64,000 nucleotides of DNA. Source: a candidate division FCPU426 bacterium. GTDB lineage: Bacteria; Oederibacteriota; Muellerivitia; Muellerivitales; Muellerivitaceae. Under the pieces are notes generated by a model. It ran no database searches. It was given only the letters and a program-made list of their open reading frames with translations, and was not told where the DNA came from. Position 1 is the first letter of the stretch. Every line of letters starts with the position of its first letter. Location: contig CAWKAR010000025.1 of assembly GCA_963847625.1 (NCBI GenBank), positions 83,651-147,650 on the forward strand, read 5' to 3'. Position numbers and translations under genes: made by a program. This document shows, piece by piece, positions 20,011-30,702 of the stretch.

Positions 20011-20259
20011 TGAACAAACCAGTCCCAATTTAGTTTTGTTTGGCCGTCATTGTGCCAATCATCCAAAAAAATTATGGTAAGTATCCCTTTACAACAAGTA
20101 ATAGCAAAAAGACATGGAACCGCCGATCAAACCCGATGGACGCCGATAAGTTTGAGAAAGCCTTAAACTATAGCCGTTATCGGCACGTGCGGAGCACGTC
20201 GGTCGTTATCTGCGGTAAATAAATTTCTTTACGTGTCGTGAAGGTATAGTCACCTTTTT

Positions 20260-20991
20260 TTATTTTCGGATTCCCATAATACTGACCGCGACTCCCATGG
20301 TCTTGCTATCGCTCACGACATCCTTGAACCCGCATTTTTCAACGAGTTTCCGGAATTCATCCGCCGTAGTGAAATTCTTGGCGGATTTCTGTAGATAATC
20401 GTAGGCAGTCTTGTCCTTGGAAACAACCCCTCCGCGAATGGGCAGAATCTTTCCGACATAAAATGCATAGGCCAATTTGGTCCAAAATCCGGTGGGCTTG
20501 AAAAACTCCAGAATCACGGCCCTTCCCCCGGTTTTCAACACCCTGGCGATTTCCTTCAATCCCGCCTCCGCGGAATCCAGGTTACGCACCCCGAAACCGC
20601 AAACCACGGCGTCAAATGCCATGTCCTGGAATGGCAGTTTTAACGCGTCCGCCTCCAAAAGGTTGAAACCTTCTTTTGAGCCAATCTTCCCCTTGGCTAA
20701 TTGAAGCATGGGTTTGGCAAAGTCCGCCAAGATGACTTGGGCCTTCGGAACTTGTTCCTTAACCGCGAGGGCGAAATCCCCCGTTCCCGCGCAAAGGTCC
20801 AAAACCTTGTTCGGAACGAATCCCCCTTTTAAAAGCTGTTTCACCGATTCCTTCCGCCACTGGATGTCCTTGTTGAAAGACAATTGGTGGTTTGCCTGGT
20901 CATAAGTGCCCGCGATGCGGGAAAACATATCCTGGATAGTCGCGCTCATTTTAAAACCTTTCAAATCTGGAATTTCAATTTGTAAACCCAT
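20260..20991 (-). CDS. ubiE: Demethylmenaquinone/ubiquinone C-methyltransferase (UbiE/MenG class I SAM MTase)
   Basis: VLDLCAGTGD SAM motif, GFGVRNL; 243 aa. Confidence 0.75.
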   Translation of the reverse strand: MGLQIEIPDLKGFKMSATIQDMFSRIAGTYDQANHQLSFNKDIQWRKESVKQLLKGGFVPNKVLDLCAGTGDFALAVKEQVPKAQVILADFAKPMLQLAKGKIGSKEGFNLLEADALKLPFQDMAFDAVVCGFGVRNLDSAEAGLKEIARVLKTGGRAVILEFFKPTGFWTKLAYAFYVGKILPIRGGVVSKDKTAYDYLQKSAKNFTTADEFRKLVEKCGFKDVVSDSKTMGVAVSIMGIRK

Positions 20992-21023
20992 CCCCCCTGG
21001 GATGGTTCCCTCACTAAAACCCG

Positions 21024-22475
21024 CTATTTAATAAGACCCATCTTTTTAAGTATCGGCCTGACACGTTCTTCCACTTGAGGATCCATCTTTAACTCATCAG
21101 GCCATTCCCGGTGGAACCCCTCCTCTTTCCACTTCCGCGTGGCGTCAATCCCGATCTTTCCTCCCCAACCCCATTGGGGAGAGGTATGGTCCAGTACGTC
21201 CAAAGGCCCTTCCGTGATCAGCACATCCCTCTTGGCGTCCATGCAATTCCCCACCCTCCATAAAACCTGGCTGTAATTGTGGACATCCGTATCCTCATCC
21301 ACTACCACCACCGCTTTATTGAGCATCATCTGCCCCAAACCCCAGAGGGCGAACATGACTTTCCGGGCATGCTGGGGATATTGCTTCTTGATGGAGACAA
21401 TCGCCAGATTGTGGAATAGACCTTCAAAAGGCAGGTCCATATCCACCACTTCCGGCAATAACTTTTGGAGGATGGGCAAAAATAGCCTTTCGGTGGCCTT
21501 TCCAAAAAAAGCGTCTTCCATTGGAGGTTTTCCAACAATGGTAGCGGGATAAATGGGATTTTTTCGGCGGGTGATGCAAGTGACGTGAAAGACGGGATAG
21601 TCATCGGCCAAGCTGTAATAGCCCGTATGATCCCCGAAAGGCCCTTCCGCCTGTCTTTCCCCCGGTTCAACATAACCTTCCAAAACAAAATCAGCGTCCG
21701 CGTTCACCATCAAATCGACGGTTTTGCACTGAACCAATTCGATTGGTTTTTTCCGGAGAAACCCGGCAAACAAAAGCTCGTCCACCCCATCCGGCAAGGG
21801 CGCGGTGGCGGCGTAGGTCAAAGCGGGGTCCCCTCCCAAGGCAACAACGGCTTCCAAACGTTTGCCCAATTTTTCCGCAGTTCGGTAATGGGCGGCTCCA
21901 TGATGGTGAACCTGCCAATGCATTCCGGTTGTTTTCCCGTCATAAACCTGCATTCGATACATGCCGATATTGCGGATACCCGATTCCGGGTCCTGGGTAA
22001 AAACCAATGGCAGGGTGATAAACCGGCCGCCGTCCTGGGGCCAGCACTTCAAAACCGGCAGGGTGTTAAGATCCGGATTTTTCTCCACCACCTCCTGGCA
22101 GGCACCACCGGAGACTTCTTTTGGCGGATAGTTGCCAATTTCCACCAATTTGGGAAGAAGTTTGACCTTATCGGCGAAACCCTTCGGAGGCTTCATTTCC
22201 ATCAAGTCCTTGATGGCCCGGGCGTGCTCCTCTAGGTCCTCCACCCCCAGGCTCAGGCTCATGCGGCGGTAGGACCCAAAGGCGTTGATCAATACCGGGA
22301 AAGGGCTTCCCTTGGCTTTTTCAAATAATAGGGCCTTTCCCCCTTGGGGGGACTTGGACATTTTGTCGGCGATGGTGGTGATTTCCAGGATTGGGTCCAC
22401 TTCTTCCTTCACCCGGACCAACTCACCCTTTTTCTCAAGGATCGCGATGAAGTCACTTAAGGAGGAATAAGGCAT
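21024..22475 (-). CDS. ubiD: UbiD-family (prenylated-FMN dependent) decarboxylase
   Basis: 483 aa, UbiD-like over full length; clustered with ubiX and ubiE. Confidence 0.8.
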   Translation of the reverse strand: MPYSSLSDFIAILEKKGELVRVKEEVDPILEITTIADKMSKSPQGGKALLFEKAKGSPFPVLINAFGSYRRMSLSLGVEDLEEHARAIKDLMEMKPPKGFADKVKLLPKLVEIGNYPPKEVSGGACQEVVEKNPDLNTLPVLKCWPQDGGRFITLPLVFTQDPESGIRNIGMYRMQVYDGKTTGMHWQVHHHGAAHYRTAEKLGKRLEAVVALGGDPALTYAATAPLPDGVDELLFAGFLRKKPIELVQCKTVDLMVNADADFVLEGYVEPGERQAEGPFGDHTGYYSLADDYPVFHVTCITRRKNPIYPATIVGKPPMEDAFFGKATERLFLPILQKLLPEVVDMDLPFEGLFHNLAIVSIKKQYPQHARKVMFALWGLGQMMLNKAVVVVDEDTDVHNYSQVLWRVGNCMDAKRDVLITEGPLDVLDHTSPQWGWGGKIGIDATRKWKEEGFHREWPDELKMDPQVEERVRPILKKMGLIK

Positions 22476-22833
22476 GTTGAACCCTTCATGATAGTAAGAG
22501 TTTTATTTGCGTAAGTCTTTTCGGTTCGATGTTTGAGCCTGTGCTTAATCCAATTTTTGGTTTTTACCGTTTTAAAAGCCCAATAGAGCTGGGGGAATCA
22601 GCAGGTTAAAAACGAATGACTCAACAATCTCGTTTGAATTTGAACTCAAGGGGTGGCATTTTACGCCAGTTCGGGCAGGGCCTCAATATCCACTTTTCCA
22701 TACTTATACCCAAGTACCTGCCCAGTATGGATTTCGTCAATATCCAGGTGGTTAAAGAACGGTGAAATGAGAAATCCAGGTAATGGCGGGCTTGGCTTGG
22801 CGCACCAAGAAAACATTTTTTTATACTGGAATC

Positions 22834-24078
22834 TTATCGCACGAGCAGGACTCTTTTTATTTTAGTGCCGAAGGGTTCCACGAGGTCAATGAGGTAAACC
22901 CCGCTGGCACAGGGGTCGCCATACTTGTTGGTCCCATCCCATTGGTACGACTGGCTGATGGGAGCTTCGAGTTCTTCGGAAGCGAGCGTTTTAATGTGTT
23001 CGCCGGCCGAATTATAAATCCGCAAGTCGTAACTCCCTGGATACTGGGTATATTCCACGAAAATGGAAACCGGATCCGAGGGATTGAAGGTGTTTTTGGA
23101 CACGTAAAAGACGTCGGCGACGACAGGCGTAAGGGTGATGGTGGGAGTGGCGGTGGGCGTGGGAGTAATCGTAGGGGTGTTCGTGATCGTAAAGGTATTG
23201 GTGATCGTGGGGGTATTGGTAAGGGTGGGGGTGGGCGTGGGGGTGGGCGTCGGGGAGACCGTCGGAGTCATGGTCGGGGTTAAGGTAAAGGTCAACGTAT
23301 TGGTGGGCGTGGGGGTGACCGTCGGGGTGTCCGTCGGAGGAAAGGTCGGGGTGACGGTCGGCGTATTGGTGGGGGTCCCTAACGCGGAACAAGAGTTTAC
23401 GGTATAATTTTTGTATTCATTTTGGTTTGGCGAATTTAAATAGCCGCTCCTGATTCCAACGGCCCCGGTCGTAAAGGTGGAGTCCGTAACGTTAAATATC
23501 AGCTGGTTGCCGTTGCCGTTATTGAAGTTCAAGTAGCACATAAAATTAGTCCCGCAGCAAACGACTGTCATATGGACCCAGGTTCCGACGGTATAGGTTG
23601 GTGTTGACGCGGTGCTTATATAAGACCAACCGCTTGACGAGTGTTTCTCAAACTGCCACTGCCCATAGTTGATTTGAAACGAATAGAAATCCGCCCCGGT
23701 TTGGCCCTTGAAAATGATGCCGAAAATCCCGCCAACTTGCGCGGACATGACATCGCACTGGATGGTGTAGTCGGTCAACGCGGGGTTGAAATTCGCGGGG
23801 GTCACCAAGAATTGTTCGGCACAGTAGGTGGGATTGGCCGTATTGAGCAAAATCCCGCCCGAGGCGCTGAAGTAATTCGTGTAATTCGGGTCCGGAGTCC
23901 CCGGGTCGCCGTAATAAAAATTGTAATTGGAGAGGCTGGCATTCGAGGAATAGTTATCCTGGAAAAGAACCCCCCCGAGGCTTGGGCAACAACCCTGGCC
24001 ATAAGCCAAACCGGAGGATCCCGCGAAAATAAGGGCGAATAAAACAGGAAAAGAGAGATGTTTACAGATAGTTTTCAT
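22834..24078 (-). CDS. Secreted protein: lectin/jelly-roll-like domain, Pro/Thr-repeat linker, conserved C-terminal sorting-like domain
   Basis: Signal peptide MKTICKHLSFPVLFALIFAGSSGLAYG; TPTxTPT linker of about 60 aa; C-terminal domain of about 90 aa (SGVYLIDLV...KRVLLVR) shared with 24397-27966 and 34426-35181. Confidence 0.6.
   Translation of the reverse strand: MKTICKHLSFPVLFALIFAGSSGLAYGQGCCPSLGGVLFQDNYSSNASLSNYNFYYGDPGTPDPNYTNYFSASGGILLNTANPTYCAEQFLVTPANFNPALTDYTIQCDVMSAQVGGIFGIIFKGQTGADFYSFQINYGQWQFEKHSSSGWSYISTASTPTYTVGTWVHMTVVCCGTNFMCYLNFNNGNGNQLIFNVTDSTFTTGAVGIRSGYLNSPNQNEYKNYTVNSCSALGTPTNTPTVTPTFPPTDTPTVTPTPTNTLTFTLTPTMTPTVSPTPTPTPTPTLTNTPTITNTFTITNTPTITPTPTATPTITLTPVVADVFYVSKNTFNPSDPVSIFVEYTQYPGSYDLRIYNSAGEHIKTLASEELEAPISQSYQWDGTNKYGDPCASGVYLIDLVEPFGTKIKRVLLVR
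23130..23345. repeat. Low-complexity coding repeat (ACN-CCN) encoding the Pro/Thr linker
   Basis: Visible periodic ggtgggcgtggg/gtcggggtgac tracts on the plus strand. Confidence 0.7.
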
Positions 24079-24396
24079 TGTTTTTCTTTATCAACCTCAT
24101 CCATATATATTAATTTAGCCAGATTACCGCCAGACCATTATCAATAATTATATCGCCCTTTCACTGGACACTGGGCTGGATTTTGCGAAACCAGCGTGAG
24201 CCATCAGTCAACCACTAATTGTTATCAGCTGATTTATTTTTGCGGGAATGGCTTGAGAAAGGGGATTCCGGCCGGCGAGGAGGATATGGATGGGGTATAG
24301 GCTACCCAGCCTGGTCCGGACACCAGTTTTTAATTCCCTTCCCCGGAAACCATCACAACCAAATTCCCCTCGTATCTTGAAATCTGCTTTCAGTCA

Positions 24397-27300
24397 TCAT
24401 TTTAAAACCAATAGCTTGAAGATTTTTCGCTCAAAGTTAATGTCAACCACGACGTAATAAAGTCCGTTGGCCAGCGGCATCCCCCAGAAGTCCTTCAGTT
24501 CGACAGGCAATTGATAAATCCCGGGTGGCAACTGGGAAAATGAATTTTCATTCACTTTGCGGAAAACCGTGGTAAAAATTTTCAGGCTCACTTGGTTGAC
24601 CAGATCATTTAACGCGAATTGCAGGGTCACAGGTTCCGGACCCCTGGCGGGGTCGGGATAGAGAATGGTTTTCACTATTGGGGTGGCCGTGACCGTGGGT
24701 GAGTAGGTGGAGGTCGATGTCGGCGTAAAACTCGCGGTGAATGTCGCGGAAGGCGTCATCGAATTTGTCGGCGAAGAAGTAATGGTATAGGTGCTTGTCG
24801 GAGTGCTGGAATAAGTGGCCGTTGGGGTTTCGGTGACAGTGGGGGTCGGGGTCGGGGTATCCGTGGGTAAGGGTGTTGTGGTTGAGATCGGGGCGTCTAT
24901 TATTTGGGTTTTAGTGGAAGTGGGTGTTCCGGTCGAAGTGAAAGTGGGAGTGGAGGTCGCGGTTGGCATGCCGATAGTGGTGTTGGTGGGTGTGGGGGTA
25001 ACGGTGGGGCTGAGGGTGGATGTGGGTGTCGGTGTGGGAGTGTTAGTGATGACATCGATGCATGTGTATACGTGATAGTTTCGGATATGCGCCATGTTGG
25101 GGTCCAATAAAAACTCGGTCCGGAACCCCACACCGCCTGAAGTGTACGGCGGCGAAGCCGTCGTGTCGGTCAAGCTGTAAACCAATTGATCGCCGTTTCC
25201 ATCGTACAGGTTCACATAGCAATAAAAGGTCGAGCCGGCAACCACCACCTTCAGGTGGACCCAATTGCCCGGCGTGTAAACCGGCGCGGCAAGCCCCGTG
25301 CCGAAGCCGGCGGGCGGCAGGTAGGTAAAGGCGCTTCCCCCCGCCCCGGTATCCTTCTGGATCTGCCAATGCGGGTTTGCCCCGTTCTCCGAGTTTCCAT
25401 TCCATTGAAAGATATAGCCTGTCACGTTGGCCTGTTCCAGGAATTCCAAGCCAAAAAGGCCGTAATTGTCCGTCCGATGGTCCAGTTTGAAATCCGCTTC
25501 CACCGTGTAATTGCTGTAAGCCCAGCTAAACTGCGCGGCATTCAATTGGACGTAGGAATGAAGCGTAGCGCCGGCGGAAGAGGATTGCTGCAATTCGCCG
25601 CCATTGACCGCGTAATTCAGGGAGGCCGCGGTCATGGAGACGGCGCTGCCCAAAGTGTAAAAAGTGTAATTCGAAAGGCTGGCGCTGCTGGGGAAAGTGT
25701 CAAGGAACTCCACTAGTTGCTGGTTTGAGCCGCAAACAATCGCGGGTGTATTCGTGGGGGTCAGGTAAATTCCAGTCGGCGTTATGGTTGGGGTGCAGGT
25801 GCTGGTGGGGGTGGAAGTCGGCGTGGGGGGAACGCAGGAAATACTCAATGAGACATTGTCGAAAGTGGCGCTGGCCAGGGAATGAACGCCGGCGCTGGAC
25901 ACGGCGAATCCCACCGGGGGGTTGGCGCCGATGGTGGTGAGGGTGACCGCTCCCACCTGGGTCCAGGTCGACCCGTTGACGGATTCATAACCCGTATAGA
26001 TGTTTCCCGAGCGCTGGAGTTGGAACCAAACCGGGGCCGGCGGATTGGGCCCGCCGAACGACGTCGTGTTGCCGCCCTGGGTGGAGCGGTAGGCGAAAAC
26101 CGCCTGGGCCCCGTTATAAGCCATGCCCAGGTAAACGTAAGGGGAGTCATCCGCGGAATTGTCCCGGAACATGAGTCCGGCCTGGTTGTTCGAACTACCG
26201 TTTTGGATACCGGTCAAACGCGCCGTCAAGGTGCTGTACCCGCAGGAAGGCTGGCTCACGAACTGGAAGGAATCCTGCTCGATACCGCTTAAATTCATGC
26301 CGATGCCGAACCCCGCCCCGTTTACCGTGAAGGTTCCGCCGGAATAACTGCTGCTTCCCAAAAGACGCATGTACTTCAATTCCAAGGGTGTGGCCGTAGT
26401 TTGCATGAGCCAGCCGATGTCCTGGTCCACCCATGGGGAAGGCAGGGTGGAATTTACGTAGATGCTGATGGGGCAGGAAAACTGGGCCGTTCCCAGCTTG
26501 TTGATGGCGTGGGCGGTAATGAAATGGCTGCCCGACGGGACTAGGGGCCAGTTGATGTCATAGGGGGAGGAGGTGGAGGTTCCAAGGAATTGGCTGTCCA
26601 CGAAAAAATCCACTTGGGCTATGCCGGCCGTGGAAGCCGCCGAGGCAGTCAACGCGAGGGTGAGGGGGCCGGTCATGACCGATCCATCCGGGGGGCTGGT
26701 CAGGCTCACCGTGGGCACGTCCAGTCCCGAAGCCGGCGGAACGGAAGCGGCCATAGGAGGCGCGGTTTGGTTGATGGTGCGGGCGTTGTCCTCGGTGTTG
26801 GCCACTCCCGTGGCCACGCCCAGGTAAGTCTCAAGGGGGGTGGAGAAATAGGGGGTATAAACCCCGGGCGCATAGGCCATGATGGTTCGGTATTGGACGC
26901 CTTGGGAGGTATAGCGGTTGCCCGCAGAGTAGGAATAAACACCCGGTCCGCCGTTTGCGAAATCGTGGCCGCACCCAAGGTTGTGTCCCATTTCGTGGAT
27001 CATCGCCTCGGCGAAAATCACGTGTTCCATGCTGTAATGGCCCGGCAAAAAACCAAGGCCCATGACCGGGTCCGATCCCGCCACCAGCATGTTCACCATG
27101 ACCGCCCCATAAGAACTTTGTATGGCCTGGATAGCGGAAATGGTTCCGTTCCCCATGTTGGGCAGGTCGGTGAACATGCTTCCCTGTTCGGTGTAATTGA
27201 CCTGGCCGGAGTAAACCAACTGCATCTGCGCGTTGATGCCGCTGTTGAAGTAGACCATGTTGTTGTAGAAAACGACCGTATCGATGAGGGATTCCATGGC

Positions 27301-27966
27301 TTGAGCGCTGCCCATGACACCCAACGCCGCGGGGGTGTAAACCACGGCCAGGTTCAACACGGTCGGGTTCAGGGCGTAATGACAGCCGGCTGGATAGTTG
27401 AGGGGTATAAGCCAGGGCATGCCTTCCTGGGGGAAGCCGGCCGCTAACCGGGAGTCTGAAAGCCCCGGATGGGAACCGTCCAGGCCGCACTGGAGGCCTT
27501 TTTCCTCGTCCACCTCCATGATCCGGTGAAGTCCGTTTCCCGCGGGGAGGATTTTAAAAGTCCCCTTCCCCGGGATGAAAAAGATGCCGGTCATGATTCC
27601 ATCGGCGTGGGTGACCACGCCCATGCTACCCGTCACCTCCTTGAATTGGCCGGTATAAACCGTCCTGCCATGGGGCCTTTTCTCGGCGTGCCCCAAGACA
27701 AGGGTGTAATCGGCATCGTCAAAAAGATTCATGTGAAGTTGTGGCTGGGCGCCCGGATGGAAACGCTCCGGATGGATTGATTCCAGGAATTCCTTGTGGA
27801 ATTTCACGAACCGGTCGCGTTTAACGAAGGATTCCGCCCGGTAGGTGGCGGGCCGGGGGGCTTCTTCAAAGACTTTCGGGCCATCGGCGGCTTGTGCGAG
27901 GAACCTGGATAGGAAAAAACTTCCGGCCAACACCGCGACGGATAGGATTCGTTGGATATATTTCAT
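24397..27966 (-). CDS. Secreted multidomain zinc metalloprotease (metzincin, reprolysin-like) with Ig-like and lectin-like domains, Pro/Thr linkers and the shared C-terminal domain
   Basis: Signal peptide MKYIQRILSVAVLAGSFFLS (start at 27966; the ORF is open to 28080); zinc site MIHEMGHNLGCGHD (HExxHxxGxxH); central domain paralogous to the N-domain of 22834-24078 (GNWVHLKVV...GSTFYCYVNLYDGNGDQL). Confidence 0.65.
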   Translation of the reverse strand: MKYIQRILSVAVLAGSFFLSRFLAQAADGPKVFEEAPRPATYRAESFVKRDRFVKFHKEFLESIHPERFHPGAQPQLHMNLFDDADYTLVLGHAEKRPHGRTVYTGQFKEVTGSMGVVTHADGIMTGIFFIPGKGTFKILPAGNGLHRIMEVDEEKGLQCGLDGSHPGLSDSRLAAGFPQEGMPWLIPLNYPAGCHYALNPTVLNLAVVYTPAALGVMGSAQAMESLIDTVVFYNNMVYFNSGINAQMQLVYSGQVNYTEQGSMFTDLPNMGNGTISAIQAIQSSYGAVMVNMLVAGSDPVMGLGFLPGHYSMEHVIFAEAMIHEMGHNLGCGHDFANGGPGVYSYSAGNRYTSQGVQYRTIMAYAPGVYTPYFSTPLETYLGVATGVANTEDNARTINQTAPPMAASVPPASGLDVPTVSLTSPPDGSVMTGPLTLALTASAASTAGIAQVDFFVDSQFLGTSTSSPYDINWPLVPSGSHFITAHAINKLGTAQFSCPISIYVNSTLPSPWVDQDIGWLMQTTATPLELKYMRLLGSSSYSGGTFTVNGAGFGIGMNLSGIEQDSFQFVSQPSCGYSTLTARLTGIQNGSSNNQAGLMFRDNSADDSPYVYLGMAYNGAQAVFAYRSTQGGNTTSFGGPNPPAPVWFQLQRSGNIYTGYESVNGSTWTQVGAVTLTTIGANPPVGFAVSSAGVHSLASATFDNVSLSISCVPPTPTSTPTSTCTPTITPTGIYLTPTNTPAIVCGSNQQLVEFLDTFPSSASLSNYTFYTLGSAVSMTAASLNYAVNGGELQQSSSAGATLHSYVQLNAAQFSWAYSNYTVEADFKLDHRTDNYGLFGLEFLEQANVTGYIFQWNGNSENGANPHWQIQKDTGAGGSAFTYLPPAGFGTGLAAPVYTPGNWVHLKVVVAGSTFYCYVNLYDGNGDQLVYSLTDTTASPPYTSGGVGFRTEFLLDPNMAHIRNYHVYTCIDVITNTPTPTPTSTLSPTVTPTPTNTTIGMPTATSTPTFTSTGTPTSTKTQIIDAPISTTTPLPTDTPTPTPTVTETPTATYSSTPTSTYTITSSPTNSMTPSATFTASFTPTSTSTYSPTVTATPIVKTILYPDPARGPEPVTLQFALNDLVNQVSLKIFTTVFRKVNENSFSQLPPGIYQLPVELKDFWGMPLANGLYYVVVDINFERKIFKLLVLK
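24690..25060. repeat. Pro/Thr/Ser-linker-encoding low-complexity repeats
   Basis: Periodic ggtg/gggt tracts; antisense ORFs here are artefacts. Confidence 0.65.
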
Positions 27967-28175
27967 CGACTCACCAATCGATCGGATGAAAAATTGAAAC
28001 CTCTGAAAAACTAAAATAAAGCGGCAAACAGAGGTTTCGACCCCAAAGATTTCCGCAGGAAATTGTGGGGTTACCTTCAATGGTTGCTGAAAAAGTTGGC
28101 GATAAGCCGACTTTTTCAGAGGTTACAAATTAATAATTTCCGAGCCGCTTTTCAAAATGACTCATAATATAGTGT

Positions 28176-29558
28176 CTAGCTGATAAACGTCAGATCATCG
28201 CTAACCGTTAAAAACGTCACATCATTGATGACTGCCTCTTTAGAAGGAGTAAAAATTATACTCATGAACATCTCTTGAAAGGGAGGTATTCATGAAGGAG
28301 GAAGCGCAAAAAGAACGCATTTTAGCTGTGGAAAAGTACCAAAAGGGTGAAAGTCCCACCGCCATCTGTAGAGCCTTGGGGCATTCCAAATTTTGGCTCT
28401 ACAAATGGCTGAAGCGTTATAAGACCAAAAAAAAAGGCTTGGTACGTCGAGGGATCGAAAGCCCGGCAACGCTATCCGGATCGCACGAAGGAGGAAATTG
28501 AAAAGGCCGTTCAGATGGTTCGTCTCCAACTCTACAACCAGGGGGTGTTTTGCGGAACGCAAGCCATACTGGGTGAGTTGGCGGACCTGGGGATTCAATC
28601 GCTTCCATCGCCCAGTACTGTGGACCGAATCCTGAGGCGCAATCAACTGACCCATCGAAGGACGGGGCGGTATTTTGCCAAAGGAACGCCCTATCCAAAG
28701 CTTTCAGGACATGCTGTGAATGAGGTGCAGCAAGCGGACTGGGTGGGAGCGAATTACCTTTTGGGAGGACCTCGGTTTTACAGTTTGAACGCAGTGGACC
28801 TGGCCACGGGACGTTGTGGAATCCAACCGTCGTTGGGAAGGGATGGGCAGAGCGTTTTTAACGCATTCTGGGCCATTTGGAGGCGTTTGGGAATCCCCCA
28901 GAACCTCCAGGTGGATAACGCCGAGGAGTTTTATGGAAGTCCGAAGTATCCGAGGGGAATGGGGCCTTTAATCCGGCTTTGCCTGCATCAGGGCATTGAA
29001 TTGTGGTTCATTCCACCGGCAGAGCCCTGGCGCAACGGAGTGGTGGAAAAGTTCAACGACCACTACGAACAAAAATTCCTGGGGAAAGTGAACCTGAGAC
29101 CGGGAAAGGCTCTGTGGACGAAATCTCTCGGGTTCGAGAACAAACACAACAGCCGGTACCGCTACAGCAAGCTCAAGGGCAGGACGCCTTTACAGGCCCT
29201 GGAAGGATTGGGGGAGAAGCCGAGATTTCCTTACGAAACCCAACCACCCCAACATCCGTTGTCCAAACCGACGAGTGGGAAATACCACTTGGTTCGGCTG
29301 ATACGGAGCAACCACCGGTTGAACATGTTCGGAGAGATGTTCGAAGTGCCTAAAAGTCTAACCCATGAGTATGTAGTGGGGACAGTAGATGTTCGAAGGC
29401 AGAAACTAGAACTGTTCCATGATGGCTTGAAGGCGGAGGAGTACGATTACAAACTGCGGTAGAAAGAGGTTGTCCCAGGAGGGCTAAGAGCCCTCCTGGG
29501 GAGTTATCGATGATGTGACGTATCATTAAGTCATCGATGATCTGACGTTTATCATCTA
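28176..29558 (+). mobile_element. IS481-like insertion sequence (about 1.38 kb) with 24-bp terminal inverted repeats
   Basis: Left tagctgataaacgtcagatcatcg (28180-) versus reverse complement of the right end tagatgataaacgtcagatcatcg (-29558); subterminal acgtcacatcat repeats; HTH + rve transposase. Confidence 0.75.
28292..29462 (+). CDS. DDE (rve) transposase, two frames joined at the A9 run 28426-28434
   Basis: HTH part MKEEAQKERILAVEKYQKGESPTAICRALG; after the A9 run the other frame reads AWYVEGSKARQRYPDRTKEEIEKAVQMVRL into an rve integrase core. Confidence 0.75.
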
Positions 29559-29913
29559 GCCATTAGGCTATATTCCACCAGCAGGTCGCTAAATATTAGC
29601 TTTTAACCGGATTTTCCCAAATGACCTTGCCCCACTAGTCGCCAGCTAATTTGTCGCCTCATTATAATGCCGCTCCCCTTCTTTTTCACTCCAGGTTATG
29701 CCAAACGATTCCTTATTCTCGAAGGAAATTTCCATCTGGATAATCCGGATTAAGGAAACCAGCAAATCCCATGAAACTAAAAAAGAGGATGAGGGCGCCG
29801 GCCCAGCCGGCCAGATTTTTGCCGCAAGTTTCCGGCTAAAGGCTCCTCCCATAGGACTTCCAAGGTCATCAGTACACCGAAAGCCCCTAAATAATAAAGG
29901 GCCAAATCTGTTC

Positions 29914-30702
29914 TCACTCTTCTTTCTTCCTTCCCCATTTTTTTACTTTCGGAAAAACCTTCGGATAAAAAACTTTCACCAGGAATAATCCATTGGATGG
30001 CAAAGTAGGTCCCGCCTTTTTCCGGTCCTTGGAATGGAGGATAGGTTTCATGTCCCCGGGCTTGAATTTGCCAAGGCCCACGTAAAGGAGGGTGCCGCTG
30101 AGGATTCTAACCATCTGGTGAAGGAAGGATTCGCCGAGGTATTCAATAAAAATATTGTTTCCTCTTTTTTTAACCGTGACCCTGATCAGGTTTCTTTTGG
30201 GGTTGGCCCTCTTCCCCAAGGTACCCCTAAAAGCCGTAAAATCATGCCTCCCCTGCAATTCCTTGCCCGCTTTCGCCATGGCCGGCACATCCAAACCATG
30301 ACGAACATGATGGTAGGTGTGCCGGTCAAAAACGGTGTAATCCCTCGTATTTCGGATGACATAACGGTAAAGTCTGGCCTTCGCGTGATAGGTGGCGTGA
30401 AAGGTTGCCGGTACTTCCTTGGCGGATACGATCCGGATGTCGTGTGGTAATAGTTGATTTAATACCTTGTGAATCCGATGGGTCGGCAAGGAAGAAAAGG
30501 TGTGAAAATTGGCGGTTTGGCCTAGGGAGTGGACTCCCGAGTCGGTTCTTCCCGCCACAAGAAGGTCCACTGGATGCCCGCAAATCTTCCGCAAGCGGTC
30601 CTCTAGTGTGCACTGGATGGTGGGGGCTTGGGCTTGCTTCTGCCATCCGGAATAGGCGGTCCCGTCATACTCCACCGTCAATCGGATGTTCCTCATCCTC
30701 AC
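29914..30702 (-). CDS. truA: tRNA pseudouridine(38-40) synthase TruA
   Basis: N-terminus LTVEYDGTAYSGWQKQ and catalytic Asp region RTDSGVH. Confidence 0.8.
   Translation of the reverse strand: MRMRNIRLTVEYDGTAYSGWQKQAQAPTIQCTLEDRLRKICGHPVDLLVAGRTDSGVHSLGQTANFHTFSSLPTHRIHKVLNQLLPHDIRIVSAKEVPATFHATYHAKARLYRYVIRNTRDYTVFDRHTYHHVRHGLDVPAMAKAGKELQGRHDFTAFRGTLGKRANPKRNLIRVTVKKRGNNIFIEYLGESFLHQMVRILSGTLLYVGLGKFKPGDMKPILHSKDRKKAGPTLPSNGLFLVKVFYPKVFPKVKKWGRKKEE

Noticed and set aside
19714-20013. Plus-strand ORFs 19714-20013 and 19737-19937.
   Set aside because: They occupy the antisense of the ubiX N-terminal half, which is displaced from the C-terminal half only by the G7 homopolymer frameshift.
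23135-25075. Periodic DNA (ggtgggngtggg...) and antisense ORFs 23135-23407, 24815-25075 and 34661-35161 that could be mistaken for a CRISPR-like or satellite array.
   Set aside because: The periodicity is 3 to 9 bp and codes for Pro/Thr/Ser linkers on the minus strand of real secreted-protein genes; there are no spacer-sized unique units.
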